This document shows, one piece after another, positions 36,177 through 47,191 of a stretch of 64,000 bases of DNA (the stretch's first letter is position 1; every line of letters starts with the position of its first letter). Under the pieces are notes generated by a model. It worked only from the letters and a program-made list of their open reading frames with translations. It was not told the origin of the DNA and searched no databases. Both the position numbers and the translations under genes were made by a program. This DNA comes from a virus. The stretch lies in the IMG/VR virus record IMGVR_UViG_3300020048_000027, positions 1 through 64,000 of that record; one strand, written 5' to 3'.

Positions 36177-37205
36177 TTATATATCGATCTGAACTATTAA
36201 TGTCATATCTGTGTTATTAGGTTTTGGTATAGGTTTACTGTATTTTGCAACTGCTAATAATTCGTTTGCATCGTTGTATAATCCTACCGTTGTGATATAT
36301 GGTTGAAAATCTGGTCCAGATACATTGTTTAATAAATCTCCCGATGTTCCACTTATTGCTGATGGATTATATGTAAAATTCATCTCCGTGTCTTTAATCT
36401 TACAGTGCACGTTATAAGTATAAATAGGTAGATTAGATTTCCATCTAACTCTTGGTCTTGAGTAGGTGCTATAATATCTTGCTACTTCTGGGTTTGTTAT
36501 TATTACCTGTCCATGGCTGTATATTACATCCCCCACTATACTATCATCTGTACAGCTTCCTAGTCTCGATCCGGAGTATATAAGTTTTCCTTCCCCGTCA
36601 TCTACTAGCTCTATTCTATGTTGCTCATTACCTACCGTTAAATACTCTCCTCCTGCTTCTAATGTTTCAAGTACATAGTCCCCTTCATTCTCTATATATT
36701 CTGAGCATATTACTTCTCTAACAGATCCAAAAACATTGCAGGGAGATATTACATAATTATCTCTAGCGTAATCAGCTAGATAATACCCGTCTTGCATACT
36801 GGCAGTACACTCAAAAGGTGATATTACTATTGAATTTGGTTCTAGGTGCGTCCCTGTAACGTTTTGTGAGATTGAAAATACTGCGACTTCATCTTGTATA
36901 CGTCTTGACTCATCCGTAAAAGAACTTTCAAGTATACTGTCAAAGGATCCTGAGAAGTTTCCGTCTTTATCGACTATTGAATAGTAATTCTGATATACAC
37001 TTTGCCAGGTTAATGCTTCATAATGGCCCTCTCTTAAATCTGTTAAATAAGGGTATCCTGGGGTTTCATCTTTGAACCCTCTCAGCACCTTTATACCGTA
37101 ACTATCTGATAATTCAGAACGGCTTCCGCTTACTTCCCATAATTTCTGGGCATTGTATGTAGATACAAATACATCTTGTTTGTTTAGTTTTTTATAAGCG
37201 CTCAT
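36177..37205 (-). CDS. baseplate/tail-collar-like structural protein
   Basis: C-terminal PYITTVGLYNDANELLAVAKYSKPIPK. Confidence 0.65.
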   Translation of the reverse strand: MSAYKKLNKQDVFVSTYNAQKLWEVSGSRSELSDSYGIKVLRGFKDETPGYPYLTDLREGHYEALTWQSVYQNYYSIVDKDGNFSGSFDSILESSFTDESRRIQDEVAVFSISQNVTGTHLEPNSIVISPFECTASMQDGYYLADYARDNYVISPCNVFGSVREVICSEYIENEGDYVLETLEAGGEYLTVGNEQHRIELVDDGEGKLIYSGSRLGSCTDDSIVGDVIYSHGQVIITNPEVARYYSTYSRPRVRWKSNLPIYTYNVHCKIKDTEMNFTYNPSAISGTSGDLLNNVSGPDFQPYITTVGLYNDANELLAVAKYSKPIPKPNNTDMTLIVQIDI

Positions 37206-37248
37206 CTACTACTCTTAGCTATTACTTCGTTTAGTACTAACCACAGCA

Positions 37249-38286
37249 TCAAAAATCTAATTTTATCCGAACTAATGCTTCCTTTGTAAAGTCTTTTAGC
37301 AACGGTCTTGATAGTTTAGCTACTGCCAGTAGGTCATTATTATCATTGTAAAGTCCTACAGTTGTTGCATAGGCTTGTGGTGAGTTTATCATTGTATCAT
37401 GTCTTAACTCTCCTGATCCTGTAATTGCTGAAGGGTTAGTTGTATAGTTAAATTCAGAATTTCTTGCTCTAACAAATACAAAATTTGATGATATTGTTTC
37501 TTCTGCGTTTAATCTAAAAGCGCTTCCTGAATTCATTGATAAGATAAGTCTGTTTAGATTTCCTCCGTCTGCTCCTCTTACCCTACTAGTACTTAGTTTG
37601 ATTCCTCCGGTTGCTATAGGTTCATCTAATGCTGCTCCATTTAGTAAAATTATACCGACGTCTGGTAGAAATTTTCCATAAGACCCTTTAGTTGCTGTAT
37701 ATCCATTAGCGTTAAGGCTCTCGTGACGGTTAGTCAATGATCCAGTAATTAATTCAAAGATTCTTCCAGAATCCGCATAAGATACTGTTGAAACAAAGTT
37801 ACTATCGTCTACAAGTGTGATTGTCATTGGTTCTGCTTGAACACTTAAGTCTGTGTGTGTTAAGGTAAGGCTAAATGTACCTGGTAGTAATTTTTCCTTA
37901 TATCTTGCTCTATCTACTGAGATTACATAGAAGTACTCAGAAGGGATCCCTCCAAATTTAAAATCCTGTTCTTCATCTCCCAGTACTAAGCTTCTATATT
38001 GTCCGTATACAGTAGAAGTGTGTGAAACACCTGGTACTAATGCGTTATAGTAAAGTGATCCGGAACCTTTCTTATCTGCATATGCTAAGCTAAATTGCAT
38101 TTCGGCTGCATCCGATGTGAACGGTTCTTGATATACTGTATAATAGTAATCCCCTGATGTACTTGCTGCTTGTGTTGAAGAGATGTAAAAGGATTCAAGT
38201 GTGTGTGAATTACCTGTCCATATTGCAGAGGTTACTGATTCTGCACCTACTACTACGTCTTCTTGATCGAATCTTTTATATGACAT
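37249..38286 (-). CDS. baseplate/tail-collar-like structural protein
   Basis: C-terminal TTVGLYNDNNDLLAVAKLSRPLLK; paralogue of 36177..37205. Confidence 0.65.
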   Translation of the reverse strand: MSYKRFDQEDVVVGAESVTSAIWTGNSHTLESFYISSTQAASTSGDYYYTVYQEPFTSDAAEMQFSLAYADKKGSGSLYYNALVPGVSHTSTVYGQYRSLVLGDEEQDFKFGGIPSEYFYVISVDRARYKEKLLPGTFSLTLTHTDLSVQAEPMTITLVDDSNFVSTVSYADSGRIFELITGSLTNRHESLNANGYTATKGSYGKFLPDVGIILLNGAALDEPIATGGIKLSTSRVRGADGGNLNRLILSMNSGSAFRLNAEETISSNFVFVRARNSEFNYTTNPSAITGSGELRHDTMINSPQAYATTVGLYNDNNDLLAVAKLSRPLLKDFTKEALVRIKLDF

Positions 38287-38288
38287 GA

Positions 38289-38948
38289 TTAAACTGATGT
38301 TTTATTTATAGTTACTGGAATTGTTATTCTTGCTCCTGAGTCTCTTCCTGTAACTGTTAGTGTTGTTTGTAGTTTTGTTCTTGTTCCAAACAATGTGTTT
38401 AATGTAGTTGCAGTAAGGTTTATAGAAGTTCCCATCACTGTTTTAGATACGTTTGTACCATATGTTGTTGCTGTATTCAATGCAATTGCAGCATCGCTGT
38501 TAATTCCTACTCCTGTATATGAGCTAAGAACTCTTACATCTGCTATAGTAGCGGTATAACCTCCTGCTTCAAAAGTAGAAGTTGCTCCTAAATAATTTAA
38601 AGTCTGAGGAGTTATAGCAAGTGATGCTCCTTGCTTCAATATAATAGAGGCATAACCTAAATCTAAGATTGGTAATTTTGATGTTCCTCTAGGAAGTGTT
38701 GCAAGTTTATACTTCATTATTTGAGTCTCATCCGGGAATGCTTCTAGTAACGGCATATTCTCTATTGCCTCACCGTAGTAAGCAGACCCATTCGGATGAC
38801 TTGGATTATACAGAGTATAGTCTATCTCATCATCTGCGAGGGCAAATTGTGTTATTTTAAAAGATCCGTCGCCTCTAGCTAATAGTTCTCTACCTTTTTT
38901 TGTTAATATTGCATCTACCGTTACGATAGCATTGTCTAAATATCCCAT
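38289..38948 (-). CDS. baseplate/tail-collar-like structural protein
   Basis: AILTKKGRELLA...ITQFALADD; TATTTATA at 38965-38972. Confidence 0.65.
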   Translation of the reverse strand: MGYLDNAIVTVDAILTKKGRELLARGDGSFKITQFALADDEIDYTLYNPSHPNGSAYYGEAIENMPLLEAFPDETQIMKYKLATLPRGTSKLPILDLGYASIILKQGASLAITPQTLNYLGATSTFEAGGYTATIADVRVLSSYTGVGINSDAAIALNTATTYGTNVSKTVMGTSINLTATTLNTLFGTRTKLQTTLTVTGRDSGARITIPVTINKTSV

Positions 38949-38989
38949 TTCTTACTTATTTAATTATAAATATATTGTTTTATTAATTA

Positions 38990-39889
38990 CTAAACAACTT
39001 GAATAACTTTCCCTAGTTTATCTGTTGTATACATTTTACCGTTATCTATTCCATATACTGCTTGTCCTACAATACGGACAAATTTATTACCTATTGCTTG
39101 GTATAGTATTTTATTCTCACTAGCATATGTTACCAGTGGAAATTTAGCATCTTTATGTTGAGGTGTATTAAAATATACGTTATATACATCCCTATCACTT
39201 AACTGTATAGCTTTTACTGTATCATAGTTAGATCCTGATGCATGTAAACTTCCATCAAAACTTACCAAAGCTAATGCAGGGTTATTACCTTCCACACTTC
39301 CGCTAGTCAGTTTTGTTCCTTTATACCTTGCGTTTACCCATCCTGTCAGGCTGTAATTACTGTCTTGAACTTTTGCTGGCGTGGCAGAAGAGCTTACTAT
39401 AGCTTCATAGTTAGTAGGTATTACCTTATCTGCTAATCTATCTACTTGCTGTATATGTTGAGAGGCTCTTAACTCATTTGCGTTACTGATTAAGGGATTA
39501 TAGTCGTTATTTCTAAATGAAACTCTAGCGTATGGATTTATTATAACTTCTGAATCTACTGTGCCTGGTAGTGTTTCCCCTACATACCCGTTATATATAT
39601 CATCCGGCAGGTTTGCTACTTCCTGTATAGGAAATACTATAGAATAGTAACTCCCTTGTAGCACTATGTCTGTTACATTTATAGTTAGCAGTGTTCCGTT
39701 AACATTAAATATTAACTCTTCTGCCTCTCTCATTGTCGTACGTAGGTCTATTCCGTTTTTACTTTCAAGGGGAATTGTAATTGCGACGATATCGTAAGGT
39801 GCTACTGATCCGGAGTACATTACATTCATGTGCCCCGGTCCTGAAGCTGCTGGGTTAATTTTTATAAAATCTAATAATTTTAATGCCAT
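38990..39889 (-). CDS. virion structural protein (baseplate-associated)
   Basis: Position in the baseplate module; beta-rich; SGS motifs. Confidence 0.55.
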   Translation of the reverse strand: MALKLLDFIKINPAASGPGHMNVMYSGSVAPYDIVAITIPLESKNGIDLRTTMREAEELIFNVNGTLLTINVTDIVLQGSYYSIVFPIQEVANLPDDIYNGYVGETLPGTVDSEVIINPYARVSFRNNDYNPLISNANELRASQHIQQVDRLADKVIPTNYEAIVSSSATPAKVQDSNYSLTGWVNARYKGTKLTSGSVEGNNPALALVSFDGSLHASGSNYDTVKAIQLSDRDVYNVYFNTPQHKDAKFPLVTYASENKILYQAIGNKFVRIVGQAVYGIDNGKMYTTDKLGKVIQVV

Positions 39890-39908
39890 ACTTTACTGTC
39901 TATTGTAT

Positions 39909-42900
39909 TTAATATACTCCCTGGTACTCAAAAACTTTACCTTGACTTCCTCCTAATAAATAGAACTTACTTCCGTCTGGTCTGAAATCCATACCTTTTA
40001 TATTGCTTGTTTGTGTGGATACTAATTTTACACCTACAAATTCGGCAGTTGATAGTTCCCAACTTTTTTGAAGTAAGAATTCAGATACCTTATTATATTC
40101 TTGTGATATATAGAATTTATCTCCTACTGTAGATAGTGTTACTTTATTTCCATCTAAGGTTATCCCTAATGGTACTTCATATTTATCTAAGTATGTAGCG
40201 GTTGATAGTTTCCAGGCAGTTGATAATTCGTAATGTGCTATATCTCTACTTACCGTATTACTAATATACATATGTGTCCCATCGTTATTAAAATAGAGAT
40301 CCTCAACTTTAGTATACGGTGCTACATTTAGACTGCCGGAATATACAGCGGTTGGAATATCATGCGGGATTGTTAGGTTATACTGTTGTATATTTGCAGA
40401 ATTTCCTGCTGTATACAAAAAGTCTCCATCTGTTGATACAAAAGCTGCATACCTTATATTAGGTTCCTGTTCTCCTATAGTAAGTGTTTTAGGTAGCTCT
40501 GTATAGCTAGTTATATCCCAGGCGGTTGCTAAAGGAAGTTCATAGACTTTATCTGTTTGATCTCCAGATAGGAATAATTTCTCTCCATTTGATGAAAAGT
40601 CTATACCTGTCGGTGATATGTCTATTAAAGATAAATCAATGAAGGGGTTCACACTATCTGATGTTATTATCTCCCATGGTGTTGATAGATTGTAAATATT
40701 TACTATATCTGGGGATGGTGCTAGAGAGTTTACATATAAGGTTTCTCCGTTATAGGAGAAGGTTATACTTCCTATACTAGTGCTTTGAGCAGAAACAGTA
40801 ATTAAAGTTCTATAGGTTGCTGTTGCGATATCCCATGGAGTACTTAGTGCATACTGCACAATTAAATTACTAGTGGTTACTATATACAGTCTATCTCCGT
40901 TTGCAGAGAGCGTAATATCTTGTAAACCGTAACCCGAGTTTAGTACTGCTGATTTTACTAATGTTCTTGTACTGCCTGCATTCCAGGCTGTAGATAAGGT
41001 ATACTGTGTTAGGACTGTATTATATACTGTGTACATTTTGGTACCGTCACTAGAGAATGCTAGTTCAGTTACGTTACCTATATAGGTATATCCTGAGGTT
41101 GTTACGCTACTAATTGTCCAAGCTGTTCCTAATACATACCTGTAGATTGTCCAGATTGAAATACCTGCTACGTTTAGCGTAAGTCCGTCTGTACTTATTG
41201 TGATTTTTCCAGTAGATGCAGCATTAAGTGATATATACCCTACGGTACTAGCTGTTGAGGTATCCCAAGGATTTGTTAACGTATATTGGTATAACCTGTT
41301 AGAAGTTCCTACTTGTCCTGATACGTACATATATAAACCGTTTTCAGAAAATGCGATACTGTAGACTGTTGTGTGTTCTGCAGAATTAAAGCTGTCTAGG
41401 TTACGGTTTAACATCTCTTGAAGGTTCCAAGGTGTTGCTGATGTACACTGTGTTACCTTGCCTGTGCCCAGTATATACATGTTTAATCCGTCGTCTGAGA
41501 ATTTTATACCTTTCGGAGAAGATTCTACATCGTTAATTAATACTGATCCGCTTAAGATTGCTCCAGCGGTTGAGTAGTTTGTAGGTAGTGTGTAAACATC
41601 TATTTTTTCTGCATTATTTACGTCTACTATGTTATATAACGTACTTCCTATAGCATCAAAAGTAAATCCTTTTGATAAAGCTGCAATATTAAAGTACCCT
41701 GGTATATAAGCAGTAGAAATATTCCAAGCAGTTGTCAGTTTAAACTGTGTTACATCTGAGTTACTTCCTTTATTATTACATCCTGCTATATACATGTTTA
41801 GTCCGTCCGGTGAAAATGTTATATCTCGAGGAGTATTTTCTATAGTGTCTAGACTCAGTGTATTAACTATTGCTCCTCTACTAGCAATGGTCCAGGGAGT
41901 TGATAAGGTATATTGTAACACTCTATCAAGGGAATAATCTACTGTGTATAGACGTGTTCCGTCAGGTGAAATGTAAAGTCCTCCTGGTGCTTCGTGATTA
42001 TTTATTTCGTCTACGGTTGATGAACTTATAGGTATAATGTTCCATGCGTTAACAGGGGTTGTTATAATTGCTTCTGGACCGTACCCGTCTATTGTATATA
42101 GCTTAGTTCCGTCATACGAGAACTTAATATCTGTTACATATCCTTGGTAGTCCATCACTGGATATGATCCGTTCCAAGTTGCTGTTAGAATATTCCAAGC
42201 TTCTGTTAATACATATCTATACACGGTAGATGAGCTTAGTGAATACATATACAAACCGTCTGTTGAGAAGGTTAATGCTCTCTGACCACTACTCACTACT
42301 GTATAACTATTTTGAAATGTTGCACTCTTAACATCCCAAGGAGTGCTTAAAGTATAGCTGTTAACTTTGTTAAATTGCTGTCCTATTATAAACATTTTAC
42401 TTCCGTCTGTGGAAAACTCCACACCGGCCACAAGCGCATCTTGAGCGTATACTGAGTACTGTGTTATCTGTTTTATAGCTGATGTTATATCCCAGGCTGT
42501 CTGTAGCGTATATGTGACTATCCTTTTTCTCTCATCCCCCATTATATAAAGTGATGTTCCGTTAGGTGATATTTCAATACCTATTGCGGAGAAATCTTCA
42601 TTACCTATGTAAAAGTAGCGTCCTGTTGTGTAGTTTGCTGATGTTATATCCCAGGCTGTTTGTAAAGAATATTCATACACCCTATCTCTACTTTCCCCTA
42701 GTATAAACATTTTATCTCCAGTTGCAGAGAGTTTTAACCCTGTCACACTTGAATCTACAATAGCTGTAGAGATATTTTGTGGCTTACCTGCAGTATCTAT
42801 GCTCCAAGGTGTCTGTAAAGTAAATTGTTTTAACTCGTTAGGAGATGTTGTAACTGTATATACTTTTTTTCCATCTTGTGATAACCTAACATTGGTTGTA

Positions 42901-45491
42901 TCTGTTGTTACTGCTAGAGTTCTTCTGTATACGATTTTAAGTATATTCCATGAAGCGGTCAGTGTAGGTACCTCTGTTGTAAGTATCATCGCCATTCCAC
43001 AGTCTTGCGGTATTTCTGAGAAAAATGTTAAATCAAATAGTACTAAGGGTGCTGTTGGTCTTTTAAACGGATTTGCTCTATTTAATTCTCCGTCAGTTAC
43101 AACTATGCCGCTATTCTTAAGTTCCCCGTTGAATTTTGCTTCTTCATGTGCATGGTCCTCTCTTACGAGCATTCCTATATATGTACTTACTTCCCTATTA
43201 TGACTCGTAATGTACTCCTCTATACTCCCGTAAGCTCCTCCATGATTTCCAGAAGTCCTCACCATATCTATAGATCCTGTAAGTTCCATCTCAGTAGAGC
43301 TTACTGATACTGTTTTAGCTTTACTTCTATCTAGTATACTAGGTTTTAATATTACCCCTGTATTCATGTTAGATCTGGCAGGAATAAATTCTCGGATAGT
43401 TCTAAAGAGAGAGTTATCGAAGAATTTTAATAATCTTATAAAGTTGAACAGATTATATTCTGTTATCTTCATAGTAATGCTTTGATGCTCTTTTGCTAAC
43501 TCTTTATAAGAAGAAGCACCACTCTGTCTTGGATCACCAATATAATTATCAATATTAAAGGAGCTTGATATATGCTGCTTAACGTATTCATCTACAGGTT
43601 TATTTATATTAAACCCTACTTCAACCGTGTGTTTATCGTTTGTGTACTCTTTACCGTTCTTTAATACCGTCGTATGTAAAGATAATGTGTTACCTTCTAT
43701 TACGCTTCCTGTGTTATCTGTTCTGATTTTTCCTAATGAAGATGTATACTCTGTTTGAGTACCTCTTAAACTGTCCCCTTCTTTTTTTCCTCCTCCACTT
43801 AGTTTTATATCTAAAAGCTCATCAGGAATTCCATAACAAGCTATTAAAGCTCTTAAACCTCTTTCAGTTCCTTTTGCTTTTGTTAACAGTGGTAAGTTAT
43901 GGTAGATACGTTTATATATTTCTTTTCTGTAATTCTCTTTAGGCATTGGTTGTAAATATTCCGATGCACTTCCTGATGTAATTGTGTGTATATCAGTTAA
44001 CTGTTCGTTTCCTTCATCGTAAGCGTTGCTTGTATATATTGAAAAGAAATCATCTAAGTTTTGACCTGTTTCGTGAATCTTAATCCCAAAACCTTCAATC
44101 GCTGTTTTTACTAAATCCCTAGAGATTCCAAACTCTAGTCTGTTGTCTGCATTATACTTATCTGAAATAGCTCTAGCATATATCCATACATTATCGAAAT
44201 GTTGACCGATCATGTGTATAAAATTCAAATAAGGCTCGTTTGTACTGTCTTCCTTTATGTATGCTGGTACTGTGTTAATAAGTATATCTTCATTATCCCT
44301 ATCGTGTATGCTCGCTTCTATAAGCTGATTTTCATACCATGTTACTACTTCTGAGGAAGTGCTTGCTTGATTAGTATACGGCCTATTGCTATTTAATTTC
44401 GGCCATGCATTAGAACTACTTTCGTAGTATAGAAATCTGTCATAGTGATCAAAATTATCAACTACCCCTTTTATAAGTGTTTCGTAGTATTCTGCTGTCA
44501 GTTGAGTTAATGATCCTGTTTCAGATGCTTTTAGCTCATAATTCTCTATTAACCTTAGTTTATAGTCAAAGTTACGTAAGCGTTCTTCTGCTGAAGAGAA
44601 ATGTATAAAGTTTGAGTAGTTACTATGATCTATGCTTACTTGAGCACTTTTTTCGTTGTACAGCGATCTTAACTCATAGTAGGAACTTGTAACTGGAAAG
44701 CTAAATAACTCTGCATAGTTAAAGAACTCTGTAGGGTTATCTACACTATTTTCTAATTCTAGATCGAAATTTGCAGACCTCAAAGTCTTGAACCTTACAG
44801 GTTCCTCCTCTACTTGTGCGCTTACTTCGAAAGCTACTGAATCACTTTTCTTAATACTGATACTAAGTAATGTCTTTTCCAAAACATCTTCTGGCAGTGG
44901 TTCGTATAGTCTAACTAATACGGCTTTTTTATCTTTATAGTCCTCTGTTGCTATGTTAACTGCAGAGAGTATTCTATTTTCTTGAAGATTTAAGTTAAAG
45001 AAAGCTTGGTTAGGTAAGTTATCTATTCCGTTTTTAATTACGGAAGTACCTCTAATTACTACATCGTTGGGCACTTCCAAACTAACTAACCTTACCTCTA
45101 ATCTATCATTTGATATACTTTCTATGTAAAATGAGGATAGCTCTACTGTAGGTATCTTATAGACGTTTCTTAAAAAATTATAACACAGCCTTACTCCTCC
45201 GTATTCATACCCTACTCTTATTGCATCTTTTTCCGGGTCTATGCTTACAACAGAAGCGCCTTCTTTACCTGCTCCAGCTGCGTTTATAGATTGCTTAGCT
45301 CCTTTATAATTATGCTCAGAGTATATTAATTCATTATCTAATGAATATACGTGAAGTTCTATAGTGTCCTCAGCTTGATTATATGTTGAATTTACATCAA
45401 ACGTATCTATAAGTACACCATCTCTCTCAGTTACCTCTAAGTAGTTTGTTAGCTGTGAGGCATTTATCTCATCTATTTTATACTGCACCAT
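39909..45491 (-). CDS. baseplate wedge (gp7-like) fused to about 20 beta-propeller blades
   Basis: MIGQHFD, LLTKAKGTERGLRALIACYG, IREFIPAR in the N-terminal ~830 aa; repeated FSxDGxxMY...YxLxTxWDIxTA in the C-terminal ~1000 aa. Confidence 0.75.
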   Translation of the reverse strand: MVQYKIDEINASQLTNYLEVTERDGVLIDTFDVNSTYNQAEDTIELHVYSLDNELIYSEHNYKGAKQSINAAGAGKEGASVVSIDPEKDAIRVGYEYGGVRLCYNFLRNVYKIPTVELSSFYIESISNDRLEVRLVSLEVPNDVVIRGTSVIKNGIDNLPNQAFFNLNLQENRILSAVNIATEDYKDKKAVLVRLYEPLPEDVLEKTLLSISIKKSDSVAFEVSAQVEEEPVRFKTLRSANFDLELENSVDNPTEFFNYAELFSFPVTSSYYELRSLYNEKSAQVSIDHSNYSNFIHFSSAEERLRNFDYKLRLIENYELKASETGSLTQLTAEYYETLIKGVVDNFDHYDRFLYYESSSNAWPKLNSNRPYTNQASTSSEVVTWYENQLIEASIHDRDNEDILINTVPAYIKEDSTNEPYLNFIHMIGQHFDNVWIYARAISDKYNADNRLEFGISRDLVKTAIEGFGIKIHETGQNLDDFFSIYTSNAYDEGNEQLTDIHTITSGSASEYLQPMPKENYRKEIYKRIYHNLPLLTKAKGTERGLRALIACYGIPDELLDIKLSGGGKKEGDSLRGTQTEYTSSLGKIRTDNTGSVIEGNTLSLHTTVLKNGKEYTNDKHTVEVGFNINKPVDEYVKQHISSSFNIDNYIGDPRQSGASSYKELAKEHQSITMKITEYNLFNFIRLLKFFDNSLFRTIREFIPARSNMNTGVILKPSILDRSKAKTVSVSSTEMELTGSIDMVRTSGNHGGAYGSIEEYITSHNREVSTYIGMLVREDHAHEEAKFNGELKNSGIVVTDGELNRANPFKRPTAPLVLFDLTFFSEIPQDCGMAMILTTEVPTLTASWNILKIVYRRTLAVTTDTTNVRLSQDGKKVYTVTTSPNELKQFTLQTPWSIDTAGKPQNISTAIVDSSVTGLKLSATGDKMFILGESRDRVYEYSLQTAWDITSANYTTGRYFYIGNEDFSAIGIEISPNGTSLYIMGDERKRIVTYTLQTAWDITSAIKQITQYSVYAQDALVAGVEFSTDGSKMFIIGQQFNKVNSYTLSTPWDVKSATFQNSYTVVSSGQRALTFSTDGLYMYSLSSSTVYRYVLTEAWNILTATWNGSYPVMDYQGYVTDIKFSYDGTKLYTIDGYGPEAIITTPVNAWNIIPISSSTVDEINNHEAPGGLYISPDGTRLYTVDYSLDRVLQYTLSTPWTIASRGAIVNTLSLDTIENTPRDITFSPDGLNMYIAGCNNKGSNSDVTQFKLTTAWNISTAYIPGYFNIAALSKGFTFDAIGSTLYNIVDVNNAEKIDVYTLPTNYSTAGAILSGSVLINDVESSPKGIKFSDDGLNMYILGTGKVTQCTSATPWNLQEMLNRNLDSFNSAEHTTVYSIAFSENGLYMYVSGQVGTSNRLYQYTLTNPWDTSTASTVGYISLNAASTGKITISTDGLTLNVAGISIWTIYRYVLGTAWTISSVTTSGYTYIGNVTELAFSSDGTKMYTVYNTVLTQYTLSTAWNAGSTRTLVKSAVLNSGYGLQDITLSANGDRLYIVTTSNLIVQYALSTPWDIATATYRTLITVSAQSTSIGSITFSYNGETLYVNSLAPSPDIVNIYNLSTPWEIITSDSVNPFIDLSLIDISPTGIDFSSNGEKLFLSGDQTDKVYELPLATAWDITSYTELPKTLTIGEQEPNIRYAAFVSTDGDFLYTAGNSANIQQYNLTIPHDIPTAVYSGSLNVAPYTKVEDLYFNNDGTHMYISNTVSRDIAHYELSTAWKLSTATYLDKYEVPLGITLDGNKVTLSTVGDKFYISQEYNKVSEFLLQKSWELSTAEFVGVKLVSTQTSNIKGMDFRPDGSKFYLLGGSQGKVFEYQGVY

Positions 45492-45837
45492 TTATAATTG
45501 CTGTGTTCTGTGTTTCTATATCTAGTATTTGTTGGTTCGCTAAAAGTAGCTGTTCTCTTAATTGAGAGATTTCTTGTAATAGCGGCTCTATCTCTTCGGT
45601 CGATTGTTCAAAGTTTACTAGTTCTGAGCTTCTTTCTACTAAGTACCTGTGCGAGTTTATATCCCCGTCTACTGGTATTTCTATGTACAGTTCTTCGTAA
45701 TATTTAAAGAATTCTTCAACTGTTACTAAGCTTGCAGGGGCAATAGGTCCTGTAAAGGTCTTAAATTCTCTGTCAACTACTGTATTGTATTGATCTTTAT
45801 TATATACTGTTGTACTTACCCTAATATCTGTTTCCAT
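45478..45837 (-). CDS. small baseplate-region protein
   Basis: Overlaps both neighbours; C-terminal coiled coil. Confidence 0.65.
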   Translation of the reverse strand: METDIRVSTTVYNKDQYNTVVDREFKTFTGPIAPASLVTVEEFFKYYEELYIEIPVDGDINSHRYLVERSSELVNFEQSTEEIEPLLQEISQLREQLLLANQQILDIETQNTAIINGAV

Positions 45838-46939
45838 TTTCTATAACTTTAAAAACGTTTGTGGTATCTACCGCTACTGTGCTTCCGTCTATTTCTGTTT
45901 TTATAAAAATTCTGTAGTATCTTTCCGGTTCTAATCCATCCATATACATATCAAAATAAGGACCTTTATTATCTGCGCTTATCTTAGTGTAATTTTGATC
46001 AAAGGTAATAACCATTTCTTTTGTGTATTCATCTCTAACTGCCCAATATGATGCTTCTGGTAGTTTATAATTTGTTAGATATGCAGAGCCTGTTGTAAAA
46101 GTTCTTGTAGGGTACGTAGGTCTTGCTGTAATTCTAAACCTTTGTTTTCCTGAATCTAGGTAGGCTCTTTTCATATTAGTCACTTCAATTACTGCTAAAC
46201 TATCATTTAAGGTAGCTAAGCTACTGCTATATACGCTATCGTCCCATTTTAGTTCTAAGCAAGGAGGGTATATGGTATTCGTGTCTACGCTATAGTATTT
46301 TAACTTTATAGCTCTTTCTGCATTAAACTCTAAACTATCTTGTAGCTTTACTATGTAACCGTTATTCACAATAGATTCACTATAATGCATCTTTGTAGCA
46401 TTGGTAACATCTAAATTTAAATCTAGGTTTTGGTTTAATCTAAAGTTCTCTGTAGATTCTAGATTTATTCCTCCTGATCCTGTGTACCAGCTTCCTCCTC
46501 CTGTATGGGCATCTGTAAAAGATCCTGTTACGCCTACTACAACATCTGGTAATGTCCACGTGTTTCCTGGTAATTGTGTAGAGGTTGGATAAGTCCAAGA
46601 GACTCCTGTCTTATTTATAGGAGAGTCACCGTACATCCCTACTCCTGATTCCCAGGTATCATAAGAAGGGTATGCATATATTGAAAATTCTGTAGGAAGT
46701 TCATAGGCTGTTGCCAGTGATAAACTTAGATTAGCAGTAAAGTCCATTCCGTTTATAGTATTGTCTACTATATCTTGTATTTGCTCTGTGCTGAATTGTA
46801 TTAGTGTTCTAGAGCAGTGTCCTTCGTCAAATATTGGATACCCTCCTATCTCCAGGATAGCATCCTTACCTGCATTTGCTAAGGGCTGTTCCGTATAAAT
46901 AAAGCTGCTTTTTTCCGGGAATATTCTATATACTGCCAT
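45821..46939 (-). CDS. virion structural protein (DNRLRE-like beta-sandwich + Ig-like C-terminus)
   Basis: NAGKDAILEI...RTLIQF...PCLELKWDD pattern. Confidence 0.55.
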   Translation of the reverse strand: MAVYRIFPEKSSFIYTEQPLANAGKDAILEIGGYPIFDEGHCSRTLIQFSTEQIQDIVDNTINGMDFTANLSLSLATAYELPTEFSIYAYPSYDTWESGVGMYGDSPINKTGVSWTYPTSTQLPGNTWTLPDVVVGVTGSFTDAHTGGGSWYTGSGGINLESTENFRLNQNLDLNLDVTNATKMHYSESIVNNGYIVKLQDSLEFNAERAIKLKYYSVDTNTIYPPCLELKWDDSVYSSSLATLNDSLAVIEVTNMKRAYLDSGKQRFRITARPTYPTRTFTTGSAYLTNYKLPEASYWAVRDEYTKEMVITFDQNYTKISADNKGPYFDMYMDGLEPERYYRIFIKTEIDGSTVAVDTTNVFKVIENGNRY

Positions 46940-46940
46940 A

Positions 46941-47189
46941 CTATTTTTTAATTTTTTGAAGAAACAACTTATAATACTTATCTCTCATTACTTTCTGAGC
47001 CTCGGGTGTTAATTTATCAAACTGATCTCCCACTTCTCTAGCAGCTGCCATTACATACTGTGCGGACTTTTCCATTCCTGTAATATGTCCATCTTTCTCA
47101 GCAGTATTTAAAAGCTTCACCTGAGTGCTTGGTTTCTGCCTGTTTATTAACTCTTCTTTAATTAGTTCAATAAGTTCTTTTTTTTTCAT
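46941..47189 (-). CDS. hypothetical protein with helical leader
   Basis: MKKKELIELIKEEL. Confidence 0.65.
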   Translation of the reverse strand: MKKKELIELIKEELINRQKPSTQVKLLNTAEKDGHITGMEKSAQYVMAAAREVGDQFDKLTPEAQKVMRDKYYKLFLQKIKK

Positions 47190-47191
47190 AA

